DNA of 26,480 nt from a virus (IMGVR_UViG_3300003375_000122:1-26480); one strand, 5' to 3'. Shown: positions 9,016-17,582, counted from the stretch's first letter. A program made the numbers and translations. The notes: generated from the letters alone by a model not told the origin.

Positions 9016-9471
9016 TTAGGTTATTGAACGCGGCGCATTAGAGAATTTGAGCTTCCATTCCGTAATGGCCTGATTTGTATCTCCATCAGCATTTTCTTTT
9101 ACTTCTGGCTCCGATTTGAATGTCCCACCAGATAAGCTGTAAACATCATTGGTAATATTGCCTAAACCATCGCCAATGACCTTCGTAAATTCCCCTTGTA
9201 TTAAAGAGAATAATTCGGGAGCGTTAAGAAGATTGGCAAATAGTCCTTGGATGAATTTGTCATCACTTCCGCCTCTCAAGATTCTCAACACTAATTCGCA
9301 TTGACGTCCAGAATATTTGAAGGCATAAATCGAATTGCCGTTCTTGCCCGTCTTAATTTCTGTAATATCATTAGGGAATGTTAATACTGCTGTATCTGCA
9401 TCGGCAAAGTCATTGAGAATACGACCGTTTAATTTTATTGTATCACGTCCTGTTAAAGATATTGAAGGCAT
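9016..9471 (-). CDS. Tail tube protein
   Basis: 151 aa directly after sheath; SD AAGGAG. Confidence 0.8.
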   Translation of the reverse strand: MPSISLTGRDTIKLNGRILNDFADADTAVLTFPNDITEIKTGKNGNSIYAFKYSGRQCELVLRILRGGSDDKFIQGLFANLLNAPELFSLIQGEFTKVIGDGLGNITNDVYSLSGGTFKSEPEVKENADGDTNQAITEWKLKFSNAPRSIT

Positions 9472-9487
9472 AATTTTCTCCTTTTAA

Positions 9488-10852
9488 TTACGGATTCACG
9501 TTTACAATTACACTTGTGCTTTGTATGCTTCCTGATTCCTTAATGGCGATTTGAATTAAGGGGGACTGACGAGCCGTCCTAGCCGATGTGGCTTGCTGAT
9601 TGATTGGCTGGCTATAAATATAAAACCCAGCATTGGCAATGTTGTTAATAAAGTCCTGCTGAACGCCGAACCATTCCGAGGATGTCCATAACCCCGGTGC
9701 AATGTATCTATTTGATACAGCCTGTAAGCATACATTACGATAAGCTGTCTTAAGGACACTAACGCCACCTTCGGTCTGTGGCAGCTTTGTTGACGTTGTT
9801 GCTAAGGCATTAAACCCAGAAACTTTCAATGATGATACAAACCAGATAAGATTAAATACTTCGTCAAAGTATTTGTTGGCACCAGATGAGAATGAGATAC
9901 AAGGATAATTGGTTATCCCTCCGTAAACATCAACACCTGCCGTAAGGCAAGCGTTAAACAATGTCTGCGTGATAGCAGGGTCAACGGTAACGCCCGATAA
10001 CTGCTTAAGATTCATTGTGATGGCCGTATTTGAACCATTAAAGTTTACGGATTGACCTAGACCAGCATAAGAGGCTGCATACAATCTTGCTGTTAATGCT
10101 GATGTTGAATAGAATAAGCATCTGGTATTGTATAAAAGTCCTTGTTGGATTTGCGTAAAAGCTCCGTAAATATCGCTGATGTTACTAGATGGTAAATATA
10201 AAATCTTATCCCCCAAGGCTTGAATAGAGGTAGCAAGGGATAACCATCCAGTGCTTGATCCGTATGACGTGGACAATATCCCTACAAAGAAGGTCTGCGC
10301 TAATAATCGATTGATAGCCTGAAGCAATGATTCCGTACTAACTGCCGTGACGTTAATGGTAGCTCCTGTACCAAACCCGCCAGTTACAGTCAAATAATTG
10401 GCAACTGTATATCCAATGCCTGGAGTATTAACCGTAATTGTTGCAACTGCACCAGAACCAGTCGTTGATGCAACTGTTACCGTTCCTAATTGCCCACCCG
10501 TTTGAACGATTGTTAAAACGTCTCCAACAACATAGCCAGATCCAGCTGTGCCAACTGTGGCCGTGGTAATTGCGCCGCTTTGAATAGGACATATAATTAA
10601 TTGTCCACTACCTGCTAAAATGTTGGGTTGTTGTGCAAAAATAGCATTTGCCTGTTGGTATGTTTCCGTGGTTGTTCCAAAGTCTGTACCAACAACTGAA
10701 GGTGATTGATAATATCTATATTGATTACCTGCTGAATTAGACAAAAAGCTATCCGTCGTAAATAACGCAATATTGTTTACGTTAAATGCAGATAATCCCG
10801 AAGAACCCAACTGAACTGAAATATTAACTATATTGCTCAATGGTAATGTCAT
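9488..10852 (-). CDS. Contractile tail sheath protein (DUF3383-like)
   Basis: LSNIVNISV, Y.S...VGTDFG..TETY..A..IFAQQP, YFDEVFNLIWF, KLPQTEGG, AVSNRYIAPGLW and GFYIYSQP...R.AR.SP motifs. Confidence 0.9.
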   Translation of the reverse strand: MTLPLSNIVNISVQLGSSGLSAFNVNNIALFTTDSFLSNSAGNQYRYYQSPSVVGTDFGTTTETYQQANAIFAQQPNILAGSGQLIICPIQSGAITTATVGTAGSGYVVGDVLTIVQTGGQLGTVTVASTTGSGAVATITVNTPGIGYTVANYLTVTGGFGTGATINVTAVSTESLLQAINRLLAQTFFVGILSTSYGSSTGWLSLATSIQALGDKILYLPSSNISDIYGAFTQIQQGLLYNTRCLFYSTSALTARLYAASYAGLGQSVNFNGSNTAITMNLKQLSGVTVDPAITQTLFNACLTAGVDVYGGITNYPCISFSSGANKYFDEVFNLIWFVSSLKVSGFNALATTSTKLPQTEGGVSVLKTAYRNVCLQAVSNRYIAPGLWTSSEWFGVQQDFINNIANAGFYIYSQPINQQATSARTARQSPLIQIAIKESGSIQSTSVIVNVNP

Positions 10853-10861
10853 ATCTTCTCC

Positions 10862-11461
10862 TTATGTTATTGGTAAAGCCGTCTGTTGTGTGAATGATGC
10901 CGCTAAACCGTTAGGGTCTCCATTAACGCCAACAAAAACATTGTATGTGTTGAAATATTGCATTAACTGTTGATAAGTATACGCGGCTAAAACAAATACT
11001 GTTATGTTCCATCTATACAATAAAGCCGTCGGCTCTGGCATTGTAATATTTTGCATGTTTGCAATTCTCGCAATCCTGAACCCATTACGCTCTTGAGTCT
11101 GTATTGATAATTGAGAACCTAATGCCAAAACAACAAGCTCTTTAGATTGCATCGCCGCATAACTTCTAGAAAAGACTTCTATATCAAACATTTCTTGAAC
11201 GTTTATTCTATCAATCTCTTGAGGATTCCCGTTGCTGTCCGTCGACCATTCTTGACGATTAGCGTATACTTTCGTCGCTGTTTGATGCAATGTAATATAT
11301 AATCCGTCATCCGTGGGAATGTTAAATTTTTGATTCCAAATATTTATTTGATAATCATTAAGGCCAATATAGTTTTTGATTATCAATCGCAACTGGTCGA
11401 TTGTTAATAACGTGCTTTGCGTATTCGTAACTGTTGGTACTGTTGGCCAAGATACCGACAT
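10862..11461 (-). CDS. Neck/tail terminator protein
   Basis: 199 aa immediately upstream of sheath; synteny. Confidence 0.65.
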   Translation of the reverse strand: MSVSWPTVPTVTNTQSTLLTIDQLRLIIKNYIGLNDYQINIWNQKFNIPTDDGLYITLHQTATKVYANRQEWSTDSNGNPQEIDRINVQEMFDIEVFSRSYAAMQSKELVVLALGSQLSIQTQERNGFRIARIANMQNITMPEPTALLYRWNITVFVLAAYTYQQLMQYFNTYNVFVGVNGDPNGLAASFTQQTALPIT

Positions 11462-11463
11462 AT

Positions 11464-11844
11464 TTATCCTTGATTTGTAAAATCTTCTGTTAATTCAAAC
11501 TTCTGGTATCCGTATTGTTTCCAGTCAGCCTTATTAAGAACCCTATATCGAACATCAAAGAAAACAATAATATCGTCAAGATTTAACTGAACCTCAATCG
11601 CACAATGTAAAGTTTTATTCCTCCAACGTCTTTGACCTACATCTTGAATATCTAGGTTTCTCCCCGTAGATATTTGAAGAACGCCTTGAATGTACTCATA
11701 AACTATAACTTCTTGAGTATATCCATTCACCTGCGTCTTTTGTACACGCCCCATCAATATATTTTGAAACATTGAATAAACTGCCGTTTGAACTGATGGC
11801 AATGCTGGGTTGCTGTAAATATCTTTTGTGTTAGCGCTTACCAT
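11464..11844 (-). CDS. Head closure/head-tail joining protein
   Basis: GQRRW...LNLDDIIVFFDVRYRV..KADWKQYGY motif; synteny. Confidence 0.7.
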   Translation of the reverse strand: MVSANTKDIYSNPALPSVQTAVYSMFQNILMGRVQKTQVNGYTQEVIVYEYIQGVLQISTGRNLDIQDVGQRRWRNKTLHCAIEVQLNLDDIIVFFDVRYRVLNKADWKQYGYQKFELTEDFTNQG

Positions 11845-12380
11845 TTTTTCACCACGTCTGACGATACTGATTTTCTTAATTGCCCAGTATCAATCAATAT
11901 TTGGTCATTATGTTTTTTTGTAAACTTTCCAAATCCTTTTGGATGTTTCTTATAAAGCCTTTTTAATGAGAGAGGAGGCCACTCACCATATCCACCAGTA
12001 TCAAATCCTTCTTGTATAACTTTTTCAGCAACAATTCCCAACTTTAAATAAAATTCACGAATATTCAACTTCTCCAATGACTTTAAAAATTCCTTCTTAA
12101 GGTATCCATTGTGATCTTTCAAGTGAAGAAATATCGGAACCCTTAACCAAGAACGTTTGGGAAGCTTATTCTCTGGTAAACCAAATTCATGCCCCTTACC
12201 TATCTTTGCATTGGTTATACTGGATTTTTTCAAAGAGCCGTCTGTACGTTCTGTCTTGCTTCCAAGAACACCAACTCTAGTTTTGTACTTCTTTTCAAGC
12301 TCCTTCTTAATGCTTAACAGATTGTCAATATTGTATTTTATTAAACCTTGACCTTTGCCAAAACTTATATTGTGTTCCAT
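11838..12380 (-). CDS. Virion morphogenesis/neck protein (Mu gpG/HK97 gp10-like)
   Basis: RVGVLG, HEFG....PKRSWLR, WPPLS and LIDTGQLRKSV motifs. Start reassigned to ATG 12380 (GGAGG SD, TAATG overlap) versus track start 12404. Confidence 0.8.
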   Translation of the reverse strand: MEHNISFGKGQGLIKYNIDNLLSIKKELEKKYKTRVGVLGSKTERTDGSLKKSSITNAKIGKGHEFGLPENKLPKRSWLRVPIFLHLKDHNGYLKKEFLKSLEKLNIREFYLKLGIVAEKVIQEGFDTGGYGEWPPLSLKRLYKKHPKGFGKFTKKHNDQILIDTGQLRKSVSSDVVKKW

Positions 12381-12838
12381 TAGGCCTCCGTGCTTGTACC
12401 ACACACTAAATAAGTATTTCCGATAGTATATGGATATACAAACATTAAATACTTCCTGCCGTATCCCGTTGTTAATAATTCTGAAAATATCGGGTCACTT
12501 TGAAACCGTTCACTAATCTGATTACTTACGGAAACACCTGCTATGTTTATAGATGACGCAGGGAATTGTGCTTGAGCGGAAATCCCCTTCATACTATTCT
12601 GCAAGTTAATGCTTAAGAAGTGCGCCCACAAATAATAAAAGAACGTGTCCGCATTGTTTCCAAATAGACCAGAATTATAAACAGTCTGCGCTTCTAATGA
12701 GGCATTGGATAAATCAGAGTCAAGAATAAGATTAATATTGCTCTGGTCATCTTCCCCCGCATACTGGAAGTCACGCACAAAGTATGACTTAAAGTTTGCG
12801 TTTGTCGGGGCTACCCATGTGCCATTGACTATAGGCAT
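12380..12838 (-). CDS. Head-tail adaptor (DUF4054-like)
   Basis: YLWAHFL, GVSVS and LTTGYGRKY motifs. Confidence 0.8.
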   Translation of the reverse strand: MPIVNGTWVAPTNANFKSYFVRDFQYAGEDDQSNINLILDSDLSNASLEAQTVYNSGLFGNNADTFFYYLWAHFLSINLQNSMKGISAQAQFPASSINIAGVSVSNQISERFQSDPIFSELLTTGYGRKYLMFVYPYTIGNTYLVCGTSTEA

Positions 12839-12839
12839 C

Positions 12840-13073
12840 TTATTTCCTCATAACTTCGGGATACTTGCTTGTTAATCTCGACGCTGATGCGTACGTCAAG
12901 AACATTCTCTTATTAGGCTCAAGGATATAGAACTTCTTATCCTCTGAAAGCTTTCCACCGCTTACCCTATCTTCAATACCAACAATAAAATCTCTTGCTC
13001 CACGATTCTCTACCTCAACACTTGCTTCAACTTGATTCTTTTCTTCTTTATTAGATTGTGCTGTTCTTGCCAT
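12840..13073 (-). CDS. Hypothetical protein after major capsid
   Basis: 77 aa with strong SD AAGGAGGT. Confidence 0.7.
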   Translation of the reverse strand: MARTAQSNKEEKNQVEASVEVENRGARDFIVGIEDRVSGGKLSEDKKFYILEPNKRMFLTYASASRLTSKYPEVMRK

Positions 13074-13098
13074 TTCGGATTAACCTCCTTGGGTTGTT

Positions 13099-13119
13099 GG
13101 GGCTGGGTCTGCCAGCCCC
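13099..13119. other. GC-rich stem-loop downstream of major capsid gene
   Basis: GGGGCTGG-gtctg-CCAGCCCC, 8-bp perfect stem; no U-tract on the coding (minus) strand. Confidence 0.6.
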
Positions 13120-13132
13120 GCTTTCTTCAATC

Positions 13133-14194
13133 TTATGAAGATAAGTCTAAATAATAACATTCACGAGGCTTCAAGATTGTTGGGCTGGCATATTGGCCAT
13201 AGGCAACATCTTGGAAGGTGAAGTTATTAAGAGTACCGACAGCTGTAACCTGATAATCGACAGGTAATTCCATGAATAAAGTATCAATATCACGACGATA
13301 CAACATATAACGGTGATGCCCAATAGCACCAGCACCATAAGCGGATGAACCAATAGCATAGGCGCTCGGCAAGATTTTGAAATTGCCACCGGGGACAATC
13401 ATGTTAAACGCCTGTTGCAAATAGCTTAACATTGAGATGTTAGGATAAGTGCTGCTAACAGGTGTTGCTAAACCAGCATAATCATCTTGAGGGATGATTA
13501 AAGTATTGGGGAATACTGTTTGATTTGCGTTCGATAAATATTTCCCGATTACAGTCGCAACAAATGTTGAGAACTGTGAGGCGCTCAATGTGCTGATTTG
13601 AGCAGTTAAGGTCGTTGTATCAACAGTGACGGCGCTGTTGGTCAACAATCCCGGAAAATTGGTCTGGTCATCAGGGTCGCCAACAAAGGTGATTGCTTGG
13701 ATACCTAAATCCCAATCTTTCTTACGGGCACGATGCTTGGCTTCGATAATATCCCAATTCCCGCTAAATGCGGATTGTTCTACATCAAAGAGGCTGTATT
13801 CAATAGCCAAAGCCCAATTACGAACATATGTATAAACGGGTGTGATTGAAGCGTCTGCAATGCCTAAACGAGCATTAGCTTTGCCTGTGTCAATCTTACC
13901 AGCAGAGAAACCGCCAGCTGTTTTATATGTCGCATTCGTGATGATTGTTTGTGAGAATGCACCTTCGCCGGGGATAACATCAATATACTCGGCGGGACTT
14001 ACTTCATAGAATGTCTGTTCGACAATTTTTGAACGGATATAGGTTAACCTATCCGTAGAATATTGATAAGCCAAAGATGAAGGGGCAATATCACCGTTAG
14101 CGTTGCGCAATTCCAATCCACGGAAAGATTTGCGATTATACTTTTGGGACATTAAAGCCTGAAACTGGTCTGGTTGCATACCTTTATATTTCAT
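13133..14194 (-). CDS. Major capsid protein (DUF2184/linocin-like HK97 fold)
   Basis: 353 aa after protease and decoration gene; SD AGGAGG; LTYI...IVE, IEYSLFDVE, GLLTN, PNTLIIP and ELPV motifs. Confidence 0.85.
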   Translation of the reverse strand: MKYKGMQPDQFQALMSQKYNRKSFRGLELRNANGDIAPSSLAYQYSTDRLTYIRSKIVEQTFYEVSPAEYIDVIPGEGAFSQTIITNATYKTAGGFSAGKIDTGKANARLGIADASITPVYTYVRNWALAIEYSLFDVEQSAFSGNWDIIEAKHRARKKDWDLGIQAITFVGDPDDQTNFPGLLTNSAVTVDTTTLTAQISTLSASQFSTFVATVIGKYLSNANQTVFPNTLIIPQDDYAGLATPVSSTYPNISMLSYLQQAFNMIVPGGNFKILPSAYAIGSSAYGAGAIGHHRYMLYRRDIDTLFMELPVDYQVTAVGTLNNFTFQDVAYGQYASPTILKPRECYYLDLSS

Positions 14195-14220
14195 AAAAAA
14201 TCCTCCTGTTTTCTTATTTA

Positions 14221-14697
14221 TTAAACAATCCCATTAACTAAAACTCGAATAACGTCACCTAGTGCGCTGGCAATATCTATCGCTTGAGCGGCAAAGATAG
14301 TAGAAGTCGTTGACGAAACAAACCCAGGAACGCCAGCGGCAGTACCTGGAACATAATTAAGTCTTGCTCCACGATTAATAGAACCACCTGCGATAACAGT
14401 GATGATTGATTCATTCAATGCAATTTCAACAATATCTAAAGGAGCATATTGGTTTTTCTTTGCATTGAAAATAATAACGCCATCAATATTCTGCCCAGAT
14501 GTTGCTTGCTGAATAACTGGCAAGTTACCCGCTTCCGTCGGATGGAAAGAAACGAAATCGCCAGCTTGTAAATAACCTGTGGTCGGGGCTGAAGTAGAAA
14601 CGACACGAGCAGAAATCGTATCAGGATTTACATTCATTACCTTCCCCGGCTGTTCAATCAAAGTAAACTGCGTAAGATTCAAATTGTTATAAGACAT
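14221..14697 (-). CDS. Capsid decoration/cement protein
   Basis: 158 aa between scaffold and MCP; small beta-rich protein ending AIDIASALGDVIRV; SD AGGAGG. Confidence 0.7.
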   Translation of the reverse strand: MSYNNLNLTQFTLIEQPGKVMNVNPDTISARVVSTSAPTTGYLQAGDFVSFHPTEAGNLPVIQQATSGQNIDGVIIFNAKKNQYAPLDIVEIALNESIITVIAGGSINRGARLNYVPGTAAGVPGFVSSTTSTIFAAQAIDIASALGDVIRVLVNGIV

Positions 14698-14723
14698 AGT
14701 GAAATCCTCCTAATATATCAACA

Positions 14724-15332
14724 TTATTTACGTTTTGTTTTAGCTGCCCAAGCCGCCGCACGTTCTGAACGGGATAATTGACCCATAGGACGGGCGTTGT
14801 CATCCTCGACATTTACGTTATTGGCCGCATTCTCTAATTGGGTAAAGTAAATATTACCCTCTAATTTGCTGTTTTTCTTTTTGTCGTCTTCTTTAGCCCG
14901 ACGAGCTTCTTCTTCAACAGCGCCTTCTGGTTTGTCTTTCTTCTTTTCTTCACCTTCAACATCTTCTTCTTGTTCGTCTTTCTTGTTCATCTTATCTTCT
15001 TCTTTGGCTTCTTCGCCTTCGCGGTGATGATTTTCTTTCTTATCCGCTTCTTTTTTGTCCGCTTCTTTCTTATCCGCTTCTTTTTTGTCCGCTTCCTTCT
15101 TGTCATTCATGCTTTTCTTGTAAACATTGATTAACTCACCAATCTTTACATGATTGCCGTTGACATCAACAATATCCTCATTTGAGGCAAACTTCTTGTC
15201 AGAGTCATTCTTCTTGTCATTCTCGACGAATGCTTTAACAAGGTCGGCCACAGGGATTGATTGACCGTCAACGTCAGCGAATAGATTAACATTCGCTTTC
15301 CCGTTTTCGTTCTTTTTGAAAATACTGAACAT
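14724..15332 (-). CDS. Nested in-frame scaffold protein (internal start M179, 202 aa)
   Basis: CAGGAGGAAGTT-ATG: strong AGGAGG SD 5 nt before an in-frame ATG at the protease/scaffold boundary. Confidence 0.65.
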   Translation of the reverse strand: MFSIFKKNENGKANVNLFADVDGQSIPVADLVKAFVENDKKNDSDKKFASNEDIVDVNGNHVKIGELINVYKKSMNDKKEADKKEADKKEADKKEADKKENHHREGEEAKEEDKMNKKDEQEEDVEGEEKKKDKPEGAVEEEARRAKEDDKKKNSKLEGNIYFTQLENAANNVNVEDDNARPMGQLSRSERAAAWAAKTKRK

Positions 15333-15866
15333 AACTTCCTCCTGTGTTTTGTATTGTTTAGCCTTTTTGCCGTTTACCAACATTGCTGGAGCGTCGAGAA
15401 TTTCCGACTCCTCATATCGAGGCTCTGTTACCAAGGCTAGGTGAGTAAAAGAGCCATCCGTAATTTCAGCATCGTACTTTATGTCCTGATACAACCCTGA
15501 ATTGCCTATGTCTAAAACGTCATAGGCGCATGAAACGCTATATCCTTTGTTTTCAATTAGGTCTACAGCCTTATCAGTATCAACAATAAATGTAGAGTAA
15601 AACCATCCATCTTCAGAATTAAATCTTGTACTTATAACATTACCGACTATAACTCCTTCTTCTCTAAGTTTAGTATAATTCTTCGGAGTTATATTATTAT
15701 GGTCAACGCAAACAGGTTTGCCTATAAAGCTAGGCAACATTGAATCTATTGTTTGTTTCTTTAATAACGCTATTCCAGCCCCAGAATCTTCATAAGAAAC
15801 AAGACCCTGTGTTAGAAATCTACACTCATAAGTCTTTGGCCAATTTTTAGCATTCTGAATTAACAT
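14724..15866 (-). CDS. Prohead protease-scaffold (DUF2213-like)
   Basis: SFIGKPVCVDH, YSVSCAY and THLALV..PRY motifs in N-half; highly charged K/E/D low-complexity C-half. Confidence 0.85.
   Translation of the reverse strand: MLIQNAKNWPKTYECRFLTQGLVSYEDSGAGIALLKKQTIDSMLPSFIGKPVCVDHNNITPKNYTKLREEGVIVGNVISTRFNSEDGWFYSTFIVDTDKAVDLIENKGYSVSCAYDVLDIGNSGLYQDIKYDAEITDGSFTHLALVTEPRYEESEILDAPAMLVNGKKAKQYKTQEEVMFSIFKKNENGKANVNLFADVDGQSIPVADLVKAFVENDKKNDSDKKFASNEDIVDVNGNHVKIGELINVYKKSMNDKKEADKKEADKKEADKKEADKKENHHREGEEAKEEDKMNKKDEQEEDVEGEEKKKDKPEGAVEEEARRAKEDDKKKNSKLEGNIYFTQLENAANNVNVEDDNARPMGQLSRSERAAAWAAKTKRK
15033..15104. repeat. Tandem repeat encoding (KKEAD)x4
   Basis: Perfect 30-bp unit ttctttcttatccgcttcttttttgtccgc at 15033..15062 and 15063..15092, itself made of two diverged 15-bp units. 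Confidence 0.9.
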
Positions 15867-16443
15867 TTTTAACTCTATTTCTTTTCTTACCCAAATTTAT
15901 AAGTCTAAGCTTATTTCTTGTCTCTTCAGATACAATCTTACCTTTTAATGCTTTACTTATCTTTTCTCTAACTTCTGGTCTCTTGGAAGGATTGTCTTCC
16001 TTCATCTTTTTTCTAAATATTTCTCTTCTCTCCTCTGTCCATTTTTTACCTTTACAGTATGATTTTCCTACTGACCATGGACATCCTTTTTTCTTTCTTT
16101 CTTCTGACCACTTCTTCCCAGTATTTGACTTCCTTATTTTTTCTATTACTTCTTGTCCTAAATTCCCACCATCTCCGCCATCTGAAATATTGTATATGTT
16201 CTCTCTTCCAACTATTTTTCTGTATGCTTTTATTATTTCTTTCTCGTATTCGTCAATCATTCTCTTAGTTGGCAAATATGTTATTATCTTTACTTTAAAA
16301 TTCTCCCTGCCAATCTCTTTTATCTTTTGATTAATAAGTATTCCACTTCCAAAATAATTTTTATCAAACTTCCCTTTTCTCTGCCCTAAATATATCTTTC
16401 CGTTTCTAAGATTTATTGTTTGGTAAATGTATCCATACCACAT
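15847..16443 (-). CDS. Free-standing GIY-YIG (Seg-like) homing endonuclease with NUMOD3-like repeats
   Basis: GYIYQTINLRNGKIYLGQ, YFGSG, GRENF, YNISDGGDGG catalytic-domain motifs; basic repeats GKKWSEERK, GKKWTEERR, GKIVSEETRNKL. Confidence 0.9.
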   Translation of the reverse strand: MWYGYIYQTINLRNGKIYLGQRKGKFDKNYFGSGILINQKIKEIGRENFKVKIITYLPTKRMIDEYEKEIIKAYRKIVGRENIYNISDGGDGGNLGQEVIEKIRKSNTGKKWSEERKKKGCPWSVGKSYCKGKKWTEERREIFRKKMKEDNPSKRPEVREKISKALKGKIVSEETRNKLRLINLGKKRNRVKNVNSEC

Positions 16444-16444
16444 G

Positions 16445-16494
16445 AAAATAAAAAAGCCAGAGCTAGCAGATTATTAGTCTGCTTGCTCTGGCTT
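16445..16494 (-). terminator. Intrinsic terminator-like hairpin
   Basis: Minus strand AAGCCAGAGC-A-AGCAGA-CTAATAA-TCTGCT-A-GCTCTGGCTT (16 bp, one mismatch) running into TTTTATTTT. Confidence 0.75.
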
Positions 16495-16534
16495 CCCCTT
16501 TGGATTGACCAGAAACTATCTATTACTTTGGATT

Positions 16535-16717
16535 TTAAGTTTGTTCTGAATGAACTATGAAATCATCATTCTTCACGCTTTGTAATACTTGCAGGGTTTT
16601 TACTTTACCATAGAAAAAATTTATGCTTATGTTTCCCGTTATTCTATTGGCCCTGCATTTCTTAATCAGGCTTATAATTACACCTAAGTTTAAATCTTCA
16701 GATTTTTTATCTTCCAT
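16535..16717 (-). CDS. Small protein, helix plus beta-hairpin, reminiscent of DUF2292/YezD-like proteins
   Basis: 60 aa; ITGNISINFFYGKVKTLQVLQSVK matches a G.i.i....G.v pattern; directly behind a promoter. Confidence 0.55.
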   Translation of the reverse strand: MEDKKSEDLNLGVIISLIKKCRANRITGNISINFFYGKVKTLQVLQSVKNDDFIVHSEQT

Positions 16718-16721
16718 GATA

Positions 16722-16749
16722 ATTATATCCTGTCAATATGCTTTGTAAA
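16722..16749 (-). promoter_or_regulatory. Sigma70-like promoter
   Basis: TTTACA (16749..16744)-N16-TATAAT (16727..16722); ATG of the 60-aa ORF follows 4 nt after the -10 element. Confidence 0.55.
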
Positions 16750-16757
16750 TATATTTA

Positions 16758-17582
16758 TTAATTTACTTTCTCCATAACAATATTTTTCAATTCTCCACCC
16801 TTAATCGTCATTGCGTCTTTCTGTCCATCGTTGCCGAATAATTCAATCAGGTTGTCGTGGAAAGTATTCCCACCCTTAATCACGCCAGACTGAATTAATG
16901 CGCGCGCGTCGCAATTAAACAAATAAACTTTATTGATTGGCGTAATTTCACGATGACATAGCTTGACGTCAAAATCAACGTATTGTTCAATATTATTATC
17001 TAAACATAATTGGGCAAAATACGAATCATCAGGACATTTATGAACATCGCCTTTGTCGTCGAGGTATTGAAATATTGGGCGCGGCAATCTTCTAAATCTT
17101 TCTGTCTTTATAAGTGTCATTCCGAAACCAACAAGGTCAACTTTCTGTAACCCATCTTCTACAACTTCACCTAAATCAAGGCTTCCTTCATTCCATGTTT
17201 GAACAATAGACTTTGTTGTGTCTGTCCGACGGAAAGCGGCATAAGAATAGGGAAAAGTCCTTAATGGATAACAAGCACCGACGACGTCTTTATCATGCGA
17301 TAACAATTTGCTAAAAGCACCGTCGGGGATTCCCCAGACGTCATCGTCCATTCTTAAGATATAATCAAATTTATAATTAAAGGCAATATCCCAAGCCTGA
17401 TTATTACTTTCCCACCACATGAGTCTGTACGGTGTGAATACGGCGTAATTAAGCTTCTCTCGAATAACATTGTTAATAACAGATAAAAAGCTTTTCATCC
17501 ATTGATTAGGGTCTGGCAATAGACCCGTCGTCGGTACAAAGATTAATACTGATTTTTGGTTAACGGTCGTTCCGTTTGTCAT
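16758..17582 (-). CDS. Glycosyltransferase, GT-A fold (GT2-like), 274 aa
   Basis: SVLIFVPT, FDYILRMDDD (DxD), DKDVVGACY, VDLVGFGMTLIK, DDSYF...YVDFDVKLCH. Start reassigned to ATG 17582 (AAGGAG SD, ATGA overlap with MuF stop). Confidence 0.85.
   Translation of the reverse strand: MTNGTTVNQKSVLIFVPTTGLLPDPNQWMKSFLSVINNVIREKLNYAVFTPYRLMWWESNNQAWDIAFNYKFDYILRMDDDVWGIPDGAFSKLLSHDKDVVGACYPLRTFPYSYAAFRRTDTTKSIVQTWNEGSLDLGEVVEDGLQKVDLVGFGMTLIKTERFRRLPRPIFQYLDDKGDVHKCPDDSYFAQLCLDNNIEQYVDFDVKLCHREITPINKVYLFNCDARALIQSGVIKGGNTFHDNLIELFGNDGQKDAMTIKGGELKNIVMEKVN

Noticed and set aside
2025-11461. Tailocin or extracellular contractile injection system
   Set aside because: Terminase, portal and capsid genes are contiguous with the tail module, indicating a complete phage morphogenesis operon.
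15033-15104. 30-bp direct repeat as CRISPR-like or att site
   Set aside because: No spacers; it is an in-frame coding repeat in the scaffold.
15847-16534. Group I intron around the GIY-YIG gene
   Set aside because: Flanking genes appear uninterrupted and the ~90-nt non-coding flank is too short for an intron core.
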